A stretch of DNA of 62,943 nucleotides, filler included, from Reticulomyxa filosa (GCA_000512085.1; 19 parts of 19 records of this genome joined end to end with filler, not necessarily neighbours in it); one strand, 5' to 3'; positions 38,241 to 51,146 are shown, counted from the whole stretch's first letter. Made by a program: numbers and translations. Notes: generated by a model from the letters alone, not told the origin.

Positions 38241-38959
38241 AAATACAAATTTTTTTCCTTTATATTCTTTTTCTTTCTTTATTATTTTCTTTTTCATTTT
38301 TTCCTTATAAAAAATATCAACTTTTATTTCATTACTTTTTTCTTTTTTATTTTCTTTTTCCTTACTTTTTTTAAAAATTATTCTTATATTTCTTTTCTTA
38401 TTACTACCTTTTTTTTTTTTTCTAACCTTTTTTTTTTCTTCCAACCTTTTTTTTATTATTACATTTTCCCCCNNNNNNNNNNNNNNNNNNNNNNNNNNNN
38501 NNNNNNNNNNNNNNNNTTAATTAATTAANNNNNNNNNNNNNNNNNNNNNNNNNNNNNNNNNNNNNNNNNNNNTCTGCAAGAAAAAGTTTTCCCTTTTTAG
38601 AAAAGTTCTCTTGTGAATAGAAATAGAACTTTGATTCAAGTATTGGTTTTATTGAAATAGTCATTTGCAATAATGGACTTTTTTTTTTTCAAGTTTAAAA
38701 AGAAAAGGATTTGATGAAAAAATTCAATCATATTGCAAACAAAATAGGATAAAATTAAACACAAAAAAAAGGTTTTTCTAAGAGAACAAGAGATAGGGGA
38801 AAACACAAAATAATACTATAGTCAAATACGAAGTGCAATTAAAACAAAAAGAGTGATAGTGTTGTCAATACAATTTATATGTGTTGTTGTAATGTTAACA
38901 GAACTTTTTTTCCTCTAAAAAAAAACAGCCGACAGAGAAATGGAAGGAGAGATAGAGTG

Positions 38960-39715
38960 ATCATTCGGATTCATCTGTAGTGGGTATGATTTAAACGTCT
39001 TGTTCAGCAGGTGCACCCACATACTCTTGCAAAGTGTCAAAAGCTTCATCGCCAAATATGTGAATTTCAGTACTTGCTTCGTCAGCGTCACTACGCTGGT
39101 ATATTCACTCATGTTTTCTTTCAATATGTTCTGCGCTGTTCAATTCTTGTTTTGTTTTCGTATGCAATGGCAATACTGGTTTCTTCACTATCATGCCTTG
39201 AATAGAGTCCAGTTCAATATACACGTCCCTTTTACCGCACTTGCACGGTAAAAGCCTTGCGCCAGATCTCCACATTCGTAGAGTGAAAACAAAAACGCAC
39301 CGTCGCAAAAGCGGCCCATCGATTGAAAGTATAGTTACAAGCGTTTCAGCATTTCCGCGACAATCGGACAATCTTTTTTTTTATCATTATTCCTCTCTAC
39401 TCTCTTATTCAATAAAAATAGACACAATACAATACAATATATATATATATATATATATTTAAAATACCTAATGGATTCTATCTAAAAAAGCTAAAGCATA
39501 TTTAATGAAATCTTGAACTTTGATCGGCAATTGCTGCTAATTCATAACGTCGATGAAAGGTTGTTGTTGCACGCTTTGCTAATGCAAGCCAATGGCCATC
39601 TGATTGGTCGGGTTTGAACTGTCGTTCCAAAACGCCGTGCAACTGCCGCTTTTCACGCATGCCCAGATCTTTGCTGGCGAATACTTCTTCTTTGGAAAAT
39701 GGAACCTTTGGTCAT
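38960..39715 (-). pseudogene. Rab escort protein (REP/CHM, GDI family) pseudogene fragment
   Basis: KVPFSKEEVFASKDLGMREKRQL and RL*LYFQSMGRFCDGAFLFSLYECGDLAQGFYRASAVKG match REP motifs. In-frame TAG at 39539-39537, TAA at 39337-39335, plus frameshifts. Confidence 0.82.
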
Positions 39716-39951
39716 TGGAGAGGGTGGAGGGAACAAAAAAAAAAGGGAGATTTCAAAACAAAAAAAGTTCAATACAAAGAAAAGTATTNNNNNNNNNNNN
39801 NNNNNNNNNNNNNNNNNNNNNNNNNNNNNNNNTTAATTAATTAANNNNNNNNNNNNNNNNNNNNNNNNNNNNNNNNNNNNNNNNNNNNCCCCCCCCTCCC
39901 CCCCTTTCTCTCCCCCTTTTTTTCTTTGATCTTTAAAAAGTTTTTTTTTAC

Positions 39952-40678
39952 CAGCCCGCTTTTGGCAAGTCTTTTGCACCAACAGCAAGGACGAGCTCGT
40001 CGTTGTTCGATTTAACCTCTTCACAACGAACGGTGATCGAGGCTGGCATTTCCTTGACGATCAAAGGCTTGCCTTGCTTGTTCTTCAGTTTCATTGCCAG
40101 CTTTTGCCCCTTTGCGGTCACTAAATCACCTAACACAAACTCTGCCCAGCCTATAAAGTCGTGCTTGGACATATCGTACATATTCGAGTTATCTGAATCC
40201 CACACGTCCAATCGAATTATTTGAACTTCTTCAAACAAGTAATCCACTAATATCTTTTTTTTATTTGTTTGTTTGTATTTATAACGACGTATAATTTCAT
40301 TTTAAGTTTTTTTTTTTTTTTAAACTTAATAAATAATGATCCAATTCGGAAACAAAAAAAAACATACCTCTTTGGTGAAGTCTGGACTTTGATTATCCTT
40401 TGCTACTTCTGTGTGATTCAATCTCACATAGTCGTTCTTTTTTTCATCTTTTCGGGATATCACCACAAATGGATCACTTGGGCTGTTGACATCTAACTTA
40501 GGAAGATTTCTATATACCAAACATTTAATAGAAAAAAAAACTGCTTGTTGGCGTTAACGAGGTTATAAAAAAAACTAGTATATACATGATGATCTATCCC
40601 AAACCTGCACGAAAAAAATAATTCCAACTGTGATGACAAAACCACAGCTGGGGTTGGTTGATTTGGAAGAAATGACAT
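39952..40678 (-). CDS. Copine (C2A domain and start of C2B), 3'-truncated, 3 exons
   Basis: LELFFSCRNLPKLDVNSPSDPFVV, TEVAKDNQSPDF, DYLFEEVQIIRLDVWDSD, HDFIGWAEFVLGDLV. GT-AG introns. Confidence 0.93.
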
Positions 40679-41495
40679 TTTCAAAGTTCTCGAATTTTCT
40701 CCTGTCTCCCCAAAAGCACTTGTTTGGTCACCCTTTTTTTAGTGTTTCCTAGATTTCGTTCCAAGTTCTTTATGTCGCGTATTTTTTGTCATTTTTCAAA
40801 GGTGTCAGACTTTTAATATTTGTGTGGAAGCACGACAAACATAATTAGTGTGTATCACCACAAATGCTAAAACATGAAAAGTTAGTGAATAAGTTGTAAA
40901 AAAAAGATGGAGAGGCAGTTGGATTCACAAAATAAATACACATCCATTGAAGTAAAAAAACTTCAAGAAACAAATCTTAGGTATAGTCAGAAGCATTGAT
41001 CATTTGTTTACATTCGCATTACAGTTTGCGTGTTCTTATTGAACAGGATGTTTTTCCTTCAATGTTATTCATTTATGAATCGGCGCTTCTTTCTTTTGCA
41101 AATTTTAAAAAAGAAAATACGAAAGTTGTTCAATCATAGAGGAATAACTAGCAATGATTCGAAATTGGGTCATCTTTAAGTTTCTCTTGCACTTGTTTTG
41201 ATATTAGTAGCTACTGTCTAAAAAAAACAAATTTGACTCAGTTATAGTTTTCTTTGTTATTGGTTAATATGATGTGATGAAGATATCGGTTCTGTTTTGT
41301 TCTCTTTCTTTACCTTTTAAAGATTTGGAAAAAGAAGATATGTTAAATTTATTTTTCGAAGTCACTGAAGAAAAAAAAATAACCAAATGTGTTATTTGAG
41401 AATGATAAAAATTTGAATAAAAAGAAATAGGTTCAATTTCAAGAAATTGTATTATTTTTTTTGAAAAAGAAGAAGGAAATTTGCTTTTCTTTTTA

Positions 41496-42700
41496 TTACT
41501 CCCAGAGTTGAATTGTTCCATCAATGCAACATGACACAATAATTTGTCCATCTGATGAGACATCTATCCCTTGCAATATTGTCACAATGTCCTTCCAGCC
41601 TCTGAACTTCTTTTCCCGTGTTTACATCCCATATTCGAATTGTTCTGTCATATGAGCAAGATATCACTGTTTTATCATCTGTTAAGTATTTCACATCGCA
41701 TACCGAATTTGAATGTCCTTTAAATTTTTTCAGTTCCTTTCCAGATGCTGTGTCCCATATTCGAACTGTTTTATCAACTGAGCATGAAGCAATGTATTTG
41801 CCATCGGAAGAAAATTGTGCTTTGATTACACTGCTTGAATGTCCTCTTAATTCTTTGATCTTTTCTCCAAGTTTTACATTACATATTACAATTATTGAAT
41901 TAGACAATGACAACACGATCAATTGACCGTCTGGTGAAAACTGAATATCGTTCACATGTTCTGAAATGCCTTTTATTTTTTTGAGCTCTTTCCCAGACAT
42001 TGCATCCCACAATTGGATGGTTCCATCAGCTAAACCAGTGACAATTGTACTTTCATCAGGTGAAATGTGGCTACTTAATGTAATGCCAGTATATTTTTGG
42101 AATGTTATCAATTCCTTTCCAGCATTTAAATCCCAAATCTGCATGCCATTGTCACAATAGTGCAATACAAATATCTTACTGTCGGAAACAAATCGTGTGC
42201 CATTCACCCATCCTGAATATCCTTTCAATATTTGCATGTTGCTCAGGTTTTTATCGAATATTCCAATTGTAACATCTCCAAAAAATGCATATATTCTCGT
42301 TTTGTCTCTTGAAAATGCTACACGAATAACACCACAGAATTGATGTTTATAAAATGTTTGCATTTTTTTATAGTGTTTGGTCTGTTCATTTTTTTTTTTT
42401 TGTTGGAAAGAAGCAAGACATTGTTTATATGTACACATACTCTAAACATATCGTGCAATGATCGTATTGAAATCATTAATCCATCCTAGCGGAATTAGTA
42501 GAGATCGTGTCCAATGCTCTAAAAGTAAATCGACTTGTTTTTCGCTCTGTTTGATTTGTTTTGTAGATACATTTGTTATCGTGAGGATCTGTTGCAAACG
42601 TACACAAGTATTACACTGAGGATATTTGGTGAAATAATTGTATCAGAGGTCTTGTTTTCACTTTTCAATTCATTCTGTTTCGTTTTGACTGTTACAAAAG
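41496..42700 (-). CDS. WD40-repeat protein of an expanded family (one frame break near the C-terminus; possibly a pseudogene)
   Basis: GH...WD repeats (GHSSSVIKAQFSSDGKYIASCSVDKTVRIWD). Family N-terminus EHWTRSLLIPLGWINDF. Removing one G at 41568-41570 restores IDVSSDGQIIVSCCIDGTIQLWE*. Confidence 0.88.
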
Positions 42701-43200
42701 TAGGCACGAGTACAATATATCTGATAATATTCAAAATAGAAAATAAATAGAAAACTTCCATCCATTATTTTTTTTTCCAAATATGACAATTTGACACTTT
42801 TGTTATTTGAAGTTAAAAAATGAGCTCAAGTAAGTTTTGTCGTGTTTGTTAGACTCAAATAAAGTTTTAAACTTTCTTTATAAGGGGTGTTGTAATCATC
42901 CTTTATGATGAAAACTGATTGTGCATTTGTATTTTGCTGTTATGGATGATCAGCAACTAAAGCGAAATAATCCAAAGAGTATCCGACAAGGTTTAAACAA
43001 TATCATTTATCTTGAGACAGGTGGTATTTTTATTTAATACAGACGAGAATAGTATTTTTTGTTCTGTGAATTTGAAAACTATGTCAAGTCAAGAAAACAT
43101 ATTATTCGGTAAGGTCTTTCCGCAAATGTGCGGTACTGTAATTCAAAAAACAAATTGCCGAAAGAGGGCGCTTGCATGAAATAAGGGAAAACAAGGGGAA

Positions 43201-43588
43201 TTAAAAGGGATCTTTATGCAAGACATCAAAAGAAAAGCGAGTGATGGCAGAAAAAGGGCGTTCATTGGAGAGAACGGTGGAAGGGAAGTTGGGATTGTTG
43301 GGAGAATCAGGAAAGTGTTGAGTTTCCAAGCAAAACGAGCCTCTTCGTCCAAAAGAATGGCCTTTTCCGGAGTAGAGCTGTTACACATATATGCATATAC
43401 ATATATGTATATATATATATATGTATACATATATGTACATATATGTATATGTACATATATTTGTTGTTACCTTTTCATCAAGAAAGTTGGAGGTATAGAA
43501 TTGAAAGGCAGGCTGGTCAGTACGAACATTCATGAGAATGCCAGAAGAGGGTGCATACACTTGAGCACAAAGAACGAGAGAAGGATGT
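43201..43588 (-). CDS. GALM: Aldose 1-epimerase (galactose mutarotase), last two exons 43588-43471 and 43377-43201
   Basis: SGILMNVRTDQPAFQFYTSNFLD + GSFCLETQHFPDSPNNPNFPSTVL. Not in the ORF track in this frame. Confidence 0.93.
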
Positions 43589-44229
43589 CTGTGACAAGTA
43601 AGTGAACAAGCATTTGAAATATAAATAAATAAATATATATATATATATANNNNNNNNNNNNNNNNNNNNNNNNNNNNNNNNNNNNNNNNNNNNTTAATTA
43701 ATTAANNNNNNNNNNNNNNNNNNNNNNNNNNNNNNNNNNNNNNNNNNNNTTTTAAATTATTAATACAACTTATGTCGATTATTTATAGGAGAGTTTACAT
43801 TGAAAATTACATCAAAATTATAAAATTAAGGTTCTTTTATTTAAAAAAATTCACTAAAGAGATCTTGACATTGTATTTTAAAAAAAGCGTAAGTTTTTAA
43901 TTATATTTTTGTAATAACTTGCAAATTTCAGTCTTTTGGATGGTTATGAATAAGTACTGAGAAATTACAAAAATATATTCAAAAGATCATTTATCTACTT
44001 ATTATTCCTTTTAAAAAAATAAATTGAAGATATTGCCCAAAAAAGCCATATTTATGATATTAAATTTTTTTAAAGAGACAGCTAGTAAGAGGTTGGTGAT
44101 TTGCATTTTAGTTATGAATTATAAAATGTTTTAACATCTTATCAAAGAAAGAAAAAAAGAAATATATTTCTTTCCACACACATTGCACAAATATGTTACA
44201 ATAAAACGTGTTCTTTTATTGATTGAATA

Positions 44230-45890
44230 TTAGTTGCTATCTTCAAAAACTGAATCAGTGACTTCACAGCTGTTGCAATTTTCTGATTCGTCTCCACTAA
44301 TATCTCTTATATCTTCATCTATTTTGATTTATCGTATTCTTCTTAGTATTGGTTGTTCATTGTTAAAAATTGTGTCTTTGCAGTATTTTTTTTTACTAAA
44401 ACTAGTATCACTATCTTTGTCAACATTATATTCACCAAACATATCAGAAATATCACTTGCACTAAATTCACTTTCATCTTCTTCGTTTTCGTCCTTTGTT
44501 GAAATAAGTAGTATTTCGATTCAATGAGGCAGTTTGAGTTCAATAACAGATTTATGAACTTCAAAGCGGTGATACTTTGTGCAAGTGGAATTCCAAATAT
44601 TACATCTTCGCGATTGAGCGCTTCCGAGTTGTTCCAATCAATCCCTTGTGCTAGCAACGCGTTGGCACAATTCGATGCATTCATCCATCAATTCCAAGTT
44701 TTCTTGAATAAGTTTTGCCATCAATTCGTGATGGTCTGCCAACTCGCTCACTCTTTACATATGTTGTTCTTTGGCTTTCTCCACTCAGCGCTATAGTCTT
44801 TGAAGTGCTTGATAAATCTTTCCATTCATCGATTCCATACTCAAATAAAATTCATCTACGCATTTGTTGAAGCTTTCAAATTCATCCACTTTTATCTTTT
44901 TCGCATTTTCGTATATTTTTGCTTCGTCATCAGATTTGTGTTTCTCTCAAACTTTTCTTCTTGTTCTTCTAGAAATCCACCAATATTATTTAAATCGACA
45001 GGCAAAAACTCTTCATAATCCATACAATTTTTAAATTTGCTTTGTTTTTCGTAGCAGCATTGTCGTGTGTATTGTTCTCATCTTTGCCACTGGATATATT
45101 GTCATAGACATCATCATCACTATCTCCCTCTTTCCATAAGTTAAAACTCGATAAATGATAAAACCTTTGCTGAGATTGACTGCCAGCTTGGCAAATACAG
45201 TCTAGTATAGTTCAATGCACTTCCAAATGCTTGTAAATTTGTTTTTTAAATTTCATTGAAGTCATTTTTTCTTCATTGGTCCAGTTTTTATTGAATTTTG
45301 GAATGTGATCGCACAGCAGCGAAGTTAAAGGATCTTTCAAACGAAACAATTGCGTAGCTGCGTTCACGATCGACTGCACAATGACCGGAGATGTATTCAT
45401 AGTCGCATATATAAATTCACCTATATTTTGTATTCTCGCTCGTTGCTTCTCTATAGTGAATTTATATATGCAACTATGAATACCTCTCCGATATTTGCCA
45501 AGTTGGCAGTCAATCCCAGCAAATGTTCTCGAGTTTTGTACATTTCCAAAATCAAGTACAGTTGCAACGTTTGCTTCGTGCCAAATGTAAATTTGATTAT
45601 TCGATCTCGTCCCAACTGCTCAACGTTTGTCAGCTTCTTTTTCTTCAAATTTATGTACAAATTGCTCGCAAAGTAACTCCGTATATCTGAATTTTCTCGT
45701 GCGTAGTTCGTTATGTGGCATCGCAAGTCTTGTTCCAATATCACCAAGATTTTCTTGTTTTCTCCTACTAGCTTCGTCAAATATGTATGTGAATTTAAAT
45801 CATGTAGATTTGACACTTACAAATTCACACATTGCTTCAATTCTAGCGCTATCGCCCGTACATCCAACGGCGTAAATATATACTTACCAT
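44230..45890 (-). pseudogene. NEMF: NEMF/Rqc2 (ribosome quality control) pseudogene
   Basis: FTPLDVRAIALELKQCVNL*VSNLHDL, LTNVEQLGRDRIIKFTFG...LILEMY, ALLAQGIDW...PLAQSITALK. TAA at 45819-45817, out-of-frame ATG and internal rearrangement. Confidence 0.88.
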
Positions 45891-46910
45891 CTTTGTGTAA
45901 AGGTTCACAATTTCCAAAGTTGAAAATAGAAAATACCGTGTCCCCTCGGAACCTTTGCAAGGTGTGGCCTCATAAAGGAATTATGGCCACGCTGTGCATA
46001 AATATACATGTATACGTTACGGTATTGTATTTGGTAAAGCACATTAAAACAGCATATTATTTTGTTGGACGAAAGTTGGCCTCATTTAATTTAATTTTTG
46101 TTAGAAAGGAATTTGTCAAAGAATTTTTTGTTCATCATTAGAACACATGTAAATGATCTTTTTGTTGTATCTCTTAGGTCACTATATATTTATTCTATCA
46201 TATTTCATTGATATAACTCACCACCTTCCATCAATGCTTGCCTTACAGCAATGTCATACAAAATATTGGGAATACCACACGCGTATACTCATTGGTTCAA
46301 TCATGGCAGGGCTTCGCAAGCACGCATTGCACAAATCAGTAATTTGTTTATTGAAATTTTGCTAGATAGTGAATTATTAAAAGAAAGCAAATGCATTTCA
46401 ACTTTGAAAAATTAATTTCACATTGCTTTTTGATTTATCATACGCTGAAAAGGATAATAAGACAATGAATCATTAATATGATTTTTTTTTTCTTGATAAC
46501 ATATATTTTGCTTCATCATTACAATTTGCAACATTTTGTCAGTATTAAAATCTCAATTACCACCAGTTGCAAAAACATAATCACAATTGTTATTAGATAT
46601 GCAACAAAGTTATTAAGTGGATTGGATATTTGTACAAAATCAAAATCAAAAGGAAAAAATTTTTCATTTGTGAATTGACAAAAGATTTTAAAATAACAAT
46701 AACAAACATTTTTGTGATTTATGACAATATAGATTGTTTTTTTCATTTATGTGAATGAATCAAAGAATAAACAAAAAATCATTACTGAATTACTTGTAAT
46801 AAATTTATTNNNNNNNNNNNNNNNNNNNNNNNNNNNNNNNNNNNNNNNNNNNNTTAATTAATTAANNNNNNNNNNNNNNNNNNNNNNNNNNNNNNNNNNN
46901 NNNNNNNNNT

Positions 46911-47177
46911 TCTTCTTCTTCTTCTCAGGAACAATCAAAAAAACCTATCCCTAAAAATAAATCTATTCGTCGTAACAAGTCTTTATCTTTTTTATCATCA
47001 TCTAAACATGATGATTCCATTGTTAGTCCAGTCACTTCTCCTGCTCCTGCTCCTACTTCTTCATCCCCTATTCAGGACAATTGGGTCACTGTCCCAGTTG
47101 TTCGTCTGGAAACTGTTGACACAAAAGTCCAAAAACGAAAACTTCGCAAATGTGCTTCGGCTTGTCCTAAACAGTGA
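46911..47177 (+). CDS. Ser/Pro/Lys-rich C-terminal fragment of a hypothetical protein
   Basis: Open frame from the contig edge to TGA at 47175-47177 (...QDNWVTVPVVRLETVDTKVQKRKLRKCASACPKQ*). Confidence 0.4.
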   Translation, partial: SSSSSQEQSKKPIPKNKSIRRNKSLSFLSSSKHDDSIVSPVTSPAPAPTSSSPIQDNWVTVPVVRLETVDTKVQKRKLRKCASACPKQ

Positions 47178-47592
47178 TTATTTCCCATTGTTTTTTTATT
47201 GTTCTATTGCTTTTATTACCTATTGCCTTCTTGTCCTTGTTTGTTTGTTTTTAAGGTGAAACAAACATGATCTTACCATTGTTTATTTTTTCGCAAGTGT
47301 CATTGTGAACATGTCTAATTTAGATCACAAAACATCCTTTTATAACTTCCTTTTTTTTTTTTCGCCTTAAAAAAAAATAAAATTCAATGAGGATTTTCTT
47401 TTGTCATAACAATTGTACATTTCAAATTTTTTGATAGTATTATTTGTCGCTTTTGGAAAAAGGTATTTATTAAGTGAGGACATGCTCTCAGTGATGATGA
47501 TTATTATTTTTTTGTTTTTAAAAGAAAAAAGACAATTTGTTCAACAACTTGCAATCTCTTACTTTTATCTTCAAATAAAAAAAATTACAAAT

Positions 47593-48220
47593 TCAGAAAA
47601 GGCCACTTCCCCAACCCGTTGATGGTGGCGAGTCCGTAACATCTCGCTTTTTTTTATTATTTGTTTTCGGCTCATTGTCAGAGTCCCAACTCGCAGAGAA
47701 TAATGAACTTTTTTTATTATTTGTTTTCGGCTCATTGTCAGAGTCCCAACTCGCAGGGAATAATGAACTTTTTTTTTTAGCTTTTTTCTGCACATTCTGT
47801 CTCTGTTTTGTTTGTGGAGCAGCGTTCGGCTTAGTCTCATCCTTGCCCTTTTTGCTTGCATCGTTGTCACTTTGAATTCTTTTGACTGTGTTGTCTTTCT
47901 CCAAAATTATTTTATCTTTGGTTTGAATTTCTGTCTGAATTTTTTTTATTTCCTCATTTTTCAATGTAATCTCACGTTTCAAGTTTTCAAGTTCAACGAG
48001 TAGGATTTGCTGTATTTTTTTTTTTTTTTTACACTAAAAAAAAAATACTTGCAAAAAAAAAAAAAAAACTTGATGAGAATTCGAATAATCAATTTCTCGC
48101 TGTTGCTTTAGAAGTTGTTCTTTTAAGATTGAATTGTCATTGAGTAGCTTTGAAATATCTTCGTTTTTTTTATTATTTTCCAATTTCAGCTGTCTTGTTT
48201 CTTCCTACTTAATTGTAACC
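47593..48220 (-). CDS. Coiled-coil hypothetical protein, 3' exons
   Basis: ORF 47593..47982 with heptad K/E/Q pattern. Upstream exon-like block at 48080-48220. Confidence 0.55.
47649..47775. repeat. 60-bp tandem repeat, about 2.1 copies, coding KKSSLF(P/S)ASWDSDNEPKTNN
   Basis: Lines 47641 and 47701 align with a single substitution in the core. Confidence 0.95.
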
Positions 48221-48806
48221 ATTTTTTTATTTTTGGTATTGATATTGTAGTTTGGAGGAGGAAGGGGGGAGGGAGAGGGAGAGGGGAAAAAAAAAAAGAA
48301 TAATATATAACTTGGCAATGCTGATTTACCAAATCAAAATGATGTTTNNNNNNNNNNNNNNNNNNNNNNNNNNNNNNNNNNNNNNNNNNNNTTAATTAAT
48401 TAANNNNNNNNNNNNNNNNNNNNNNNNNNNNNNNNNNNNNNNNNNNNTTGAGTGATTTTGGTTTACATTTCAAATTTAAATCTTTTATTCATACAAAATA
48501 TTGGGAAGAAATTTGTTAATATTGATGAAAAATTATTTATTATTTAGTTAATATTTCAATTTGTACTTTGAAATCTCAAAACGCCATGTAACTCTTTTCT
48601 TTTTCTGAATTTTTTTTACAGGTGGAACATTAGCAATGTGAGAATATTATTAAAAGAGGACGAATTTATGACTTTGATGAAAAGATTTCTAAATATGTTG
48701 AGTTAAACAATGCATTAATTTTCTATTACAAATTTAGGTTGTTCGTGTTGTAAAAAGTTCCCCAAAAAGGATAACAAAAATGTGCGGAAAAAAAATTGGA
48801 AAAAAA

Positions 48807-49670
48807 ATGCAAATATTGCTTCAAGTTGTGAGCTTTTCCTTGTTTTTCCATTGTGCTTTTACGAAAAGTTGTAAATGGGTCTATGATACAAGCAATCTTG
48901 ACAGTTTTGGATTTCGACAAGGAAAAAAATATATATACGCTACGTAAGCATGTATAAAAACTTGTGACTGGAATAGTGCCGTATCCATTAAATATAAACA
49001 AATGCAATTATCAGTTATCAGTATCTTGGAAAGCAGAAAACCGGTCATTTAAATACGAGTGTGCGAGTCCAAGCCAAGTGCTGAGACATACGTACTCCGG
49101 GCTAAAATGCTTAGGTTACATTTTTAAAAAAAAAAGAGTGAAAAAAAGACATATGTATACGTACACATATGTATGTGCGTATACATATATATATTAGATA
49201 TAATTGATACGGTAGATATCTCAAACATGTCATATTTTCAGTGTAATCCCGATCACAGTGCATGTGACGGAACATCCTTGTTAGCAAAAGCTCCTTGCTC
49301 TTGTGATATAAATAATGAGGATTGTTACTATGCAATGTTTCGTTTTTTTTTTGTTGTACTTTTTTTAATATATACATATATTTAAATATATAAAAGGTTT
49401 GTATCAATCGTGGATGGAGAATGTGCACAATATGACACAACGGGAAAAAGCGTAAAGTGGCAAGTTAAATGCAAATCATCCGCAACTAGAAACCAATTTC
49501 AAGGGGAGAGTTGTGTTGGCTCTAAAACGTCAACTACTTTTAAATCAGGTTGTAATTCAGCTGGCAGCACAGACAGCAAAACGGAGTATACAGTCTGTGG
49601 AGCAAATCGATTTACATTGTTTCTTCCTTTCTTTGTGATATGTTGCATTTTATTTTCTTATTTTCTTTGA
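48807..49670 (+). CDS. Small Cys-rich secreted, probably GPI-anchored surface protein, 4 exons
   Basis: Signal-like MQILLQVVSFSLFFHCAFT. Phase-compatible GT-AG introns link the exons in ORFs 48964, 49173 and 49410. C-terminal small residues plus hydrophobic tail (CGANRFTLFLPFFVICCILFSYFL). Confidence 0.75.
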
Positions 49671-49901
49671 TTGTTCGCCGTGCAAAAATGGAGCCACTCA
49701 CTCTTTTTTTTTTTTTTTAATTCGTTGTGAATTTGCTCAGTTTTTGTGAAAACTAAAGACATTAACATTTGGAGCAAATCTACATTCATTTTTCGCTTTC
49801 TGCATCTTTCAAAAAAAAAAACCGTCGGGTTCTTTACCCCCTAAAAAAAAAAAAAACTTGTTATTACAATTTGATCACGGAAAGAAGACAAACAATAGCT
49901 A

Positions 49902-51046
49902 ATGCCAAGATTATTGGAGATAATTGCAACAGTATTGTTAATCTTGCCGCCCTGCTTGTCAGACTCGATTATTTCAAGCTATGTAGGTGACCCTTACTTT
50001 AGTAACCTGTTGCGCCCTCATTACACCCAAAAATCCCAGACATATATAAGTGAAATATATTGGAGCTACTCGGAAATTTTTCAAACGATTCGTTAAATAT
50101 GTATTTATTTATTTATTTATTTGTTACTTGTAGAAAGAAAAAAGAAGTTATTTTTTGTGTAAACAACAACAACAACAAAAAATAGAGCTGAATGAATTGG
50201 AGCAGCATATAAAAGACAAGACAGTAAAGACGACGATATCGTACGCCAGCGAGATTCCATGTATGGACATGAAAGACCTGGATCCAAACGAATGGGTGGT
50301 TGGCTCTGATATTTACACCGATACGTATAAAACTTTTGTGAATACAACGTGCAGTGTGTTCGAAGGAAGTTACATTCGTGGCATTGAATTGTACACAAAC
50401 TACTTGCGAACGTTTTGGTGCTTTGATAGCAATTACTCCACTTCGACCAATTACACTATTAGTTCTTTCCGTCAAAGCGACCGCTGCTATGGTCTGACAG
50501 GACTGGCATTCCCTGTTGATGGCTATCTGTTTGGCTTAAAAATGGAGTGGAATTACGTCTGCAACGACAACCAAAAAAAAGCAATGGACGCAAGTCAAAT
50601 TTTAAAGTTGACCAAATCAAATCAAAACAAACTCACTCCATCTTTTTTTTTTTTTTTTAAAAAAAAAAAGAAAAAACATAATGTAATGTAATGCAATACA
50701 ATACATTAGGTTGGAGACATTCTTGATACTGCACTTGCTATTCAGTATGCTTGCACAAGTGATGAAGGCTCCATCTTGCAACTTTTCTCCAAATATTTCG
50801 CAGATGGATGTGCCGCTCTTTCGTCCGCTTTGAGCGTTGGAAGTCTACTAGGCCTGGACGTGACAAACGAAAGCAAGAAGAAAAAAATCGAGGTTGGATT
50901 GATTACGCATTGTTACGAAAGTAACATCCATTATGACAGCTATCCGACCACCGATGCCTTTCAAGAGTTCATTCAAATAAATGGCGCGTCGGCAAATGTG
51001 TCAAGTGACTATTCAATGATCGATAGAACCACGGCATCGACGACGG
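49902..51046 (+). CDS. Secreted protein, 5' part (jacalin-like then possible vWA-like segment)
   Basis: Signal peptide MPRLLEIIATVLLILPPCLS. YIRGIELYTN...GLTG...GYLFGLKMEW pattern and several N-x-S/T sites. Truncated by a spacer. Confidence 0.6.
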
Positions 51047-51146
51047 NNNNNNNNNNNNNNNNNNNNNNNNNNNNNNNNNNNNNNNNNNNNTTAATTAATT
51101 AANNNNNNNNNNNNNNNNNNNNNNNNNNNNNNNNNNNNNNNNNNNN

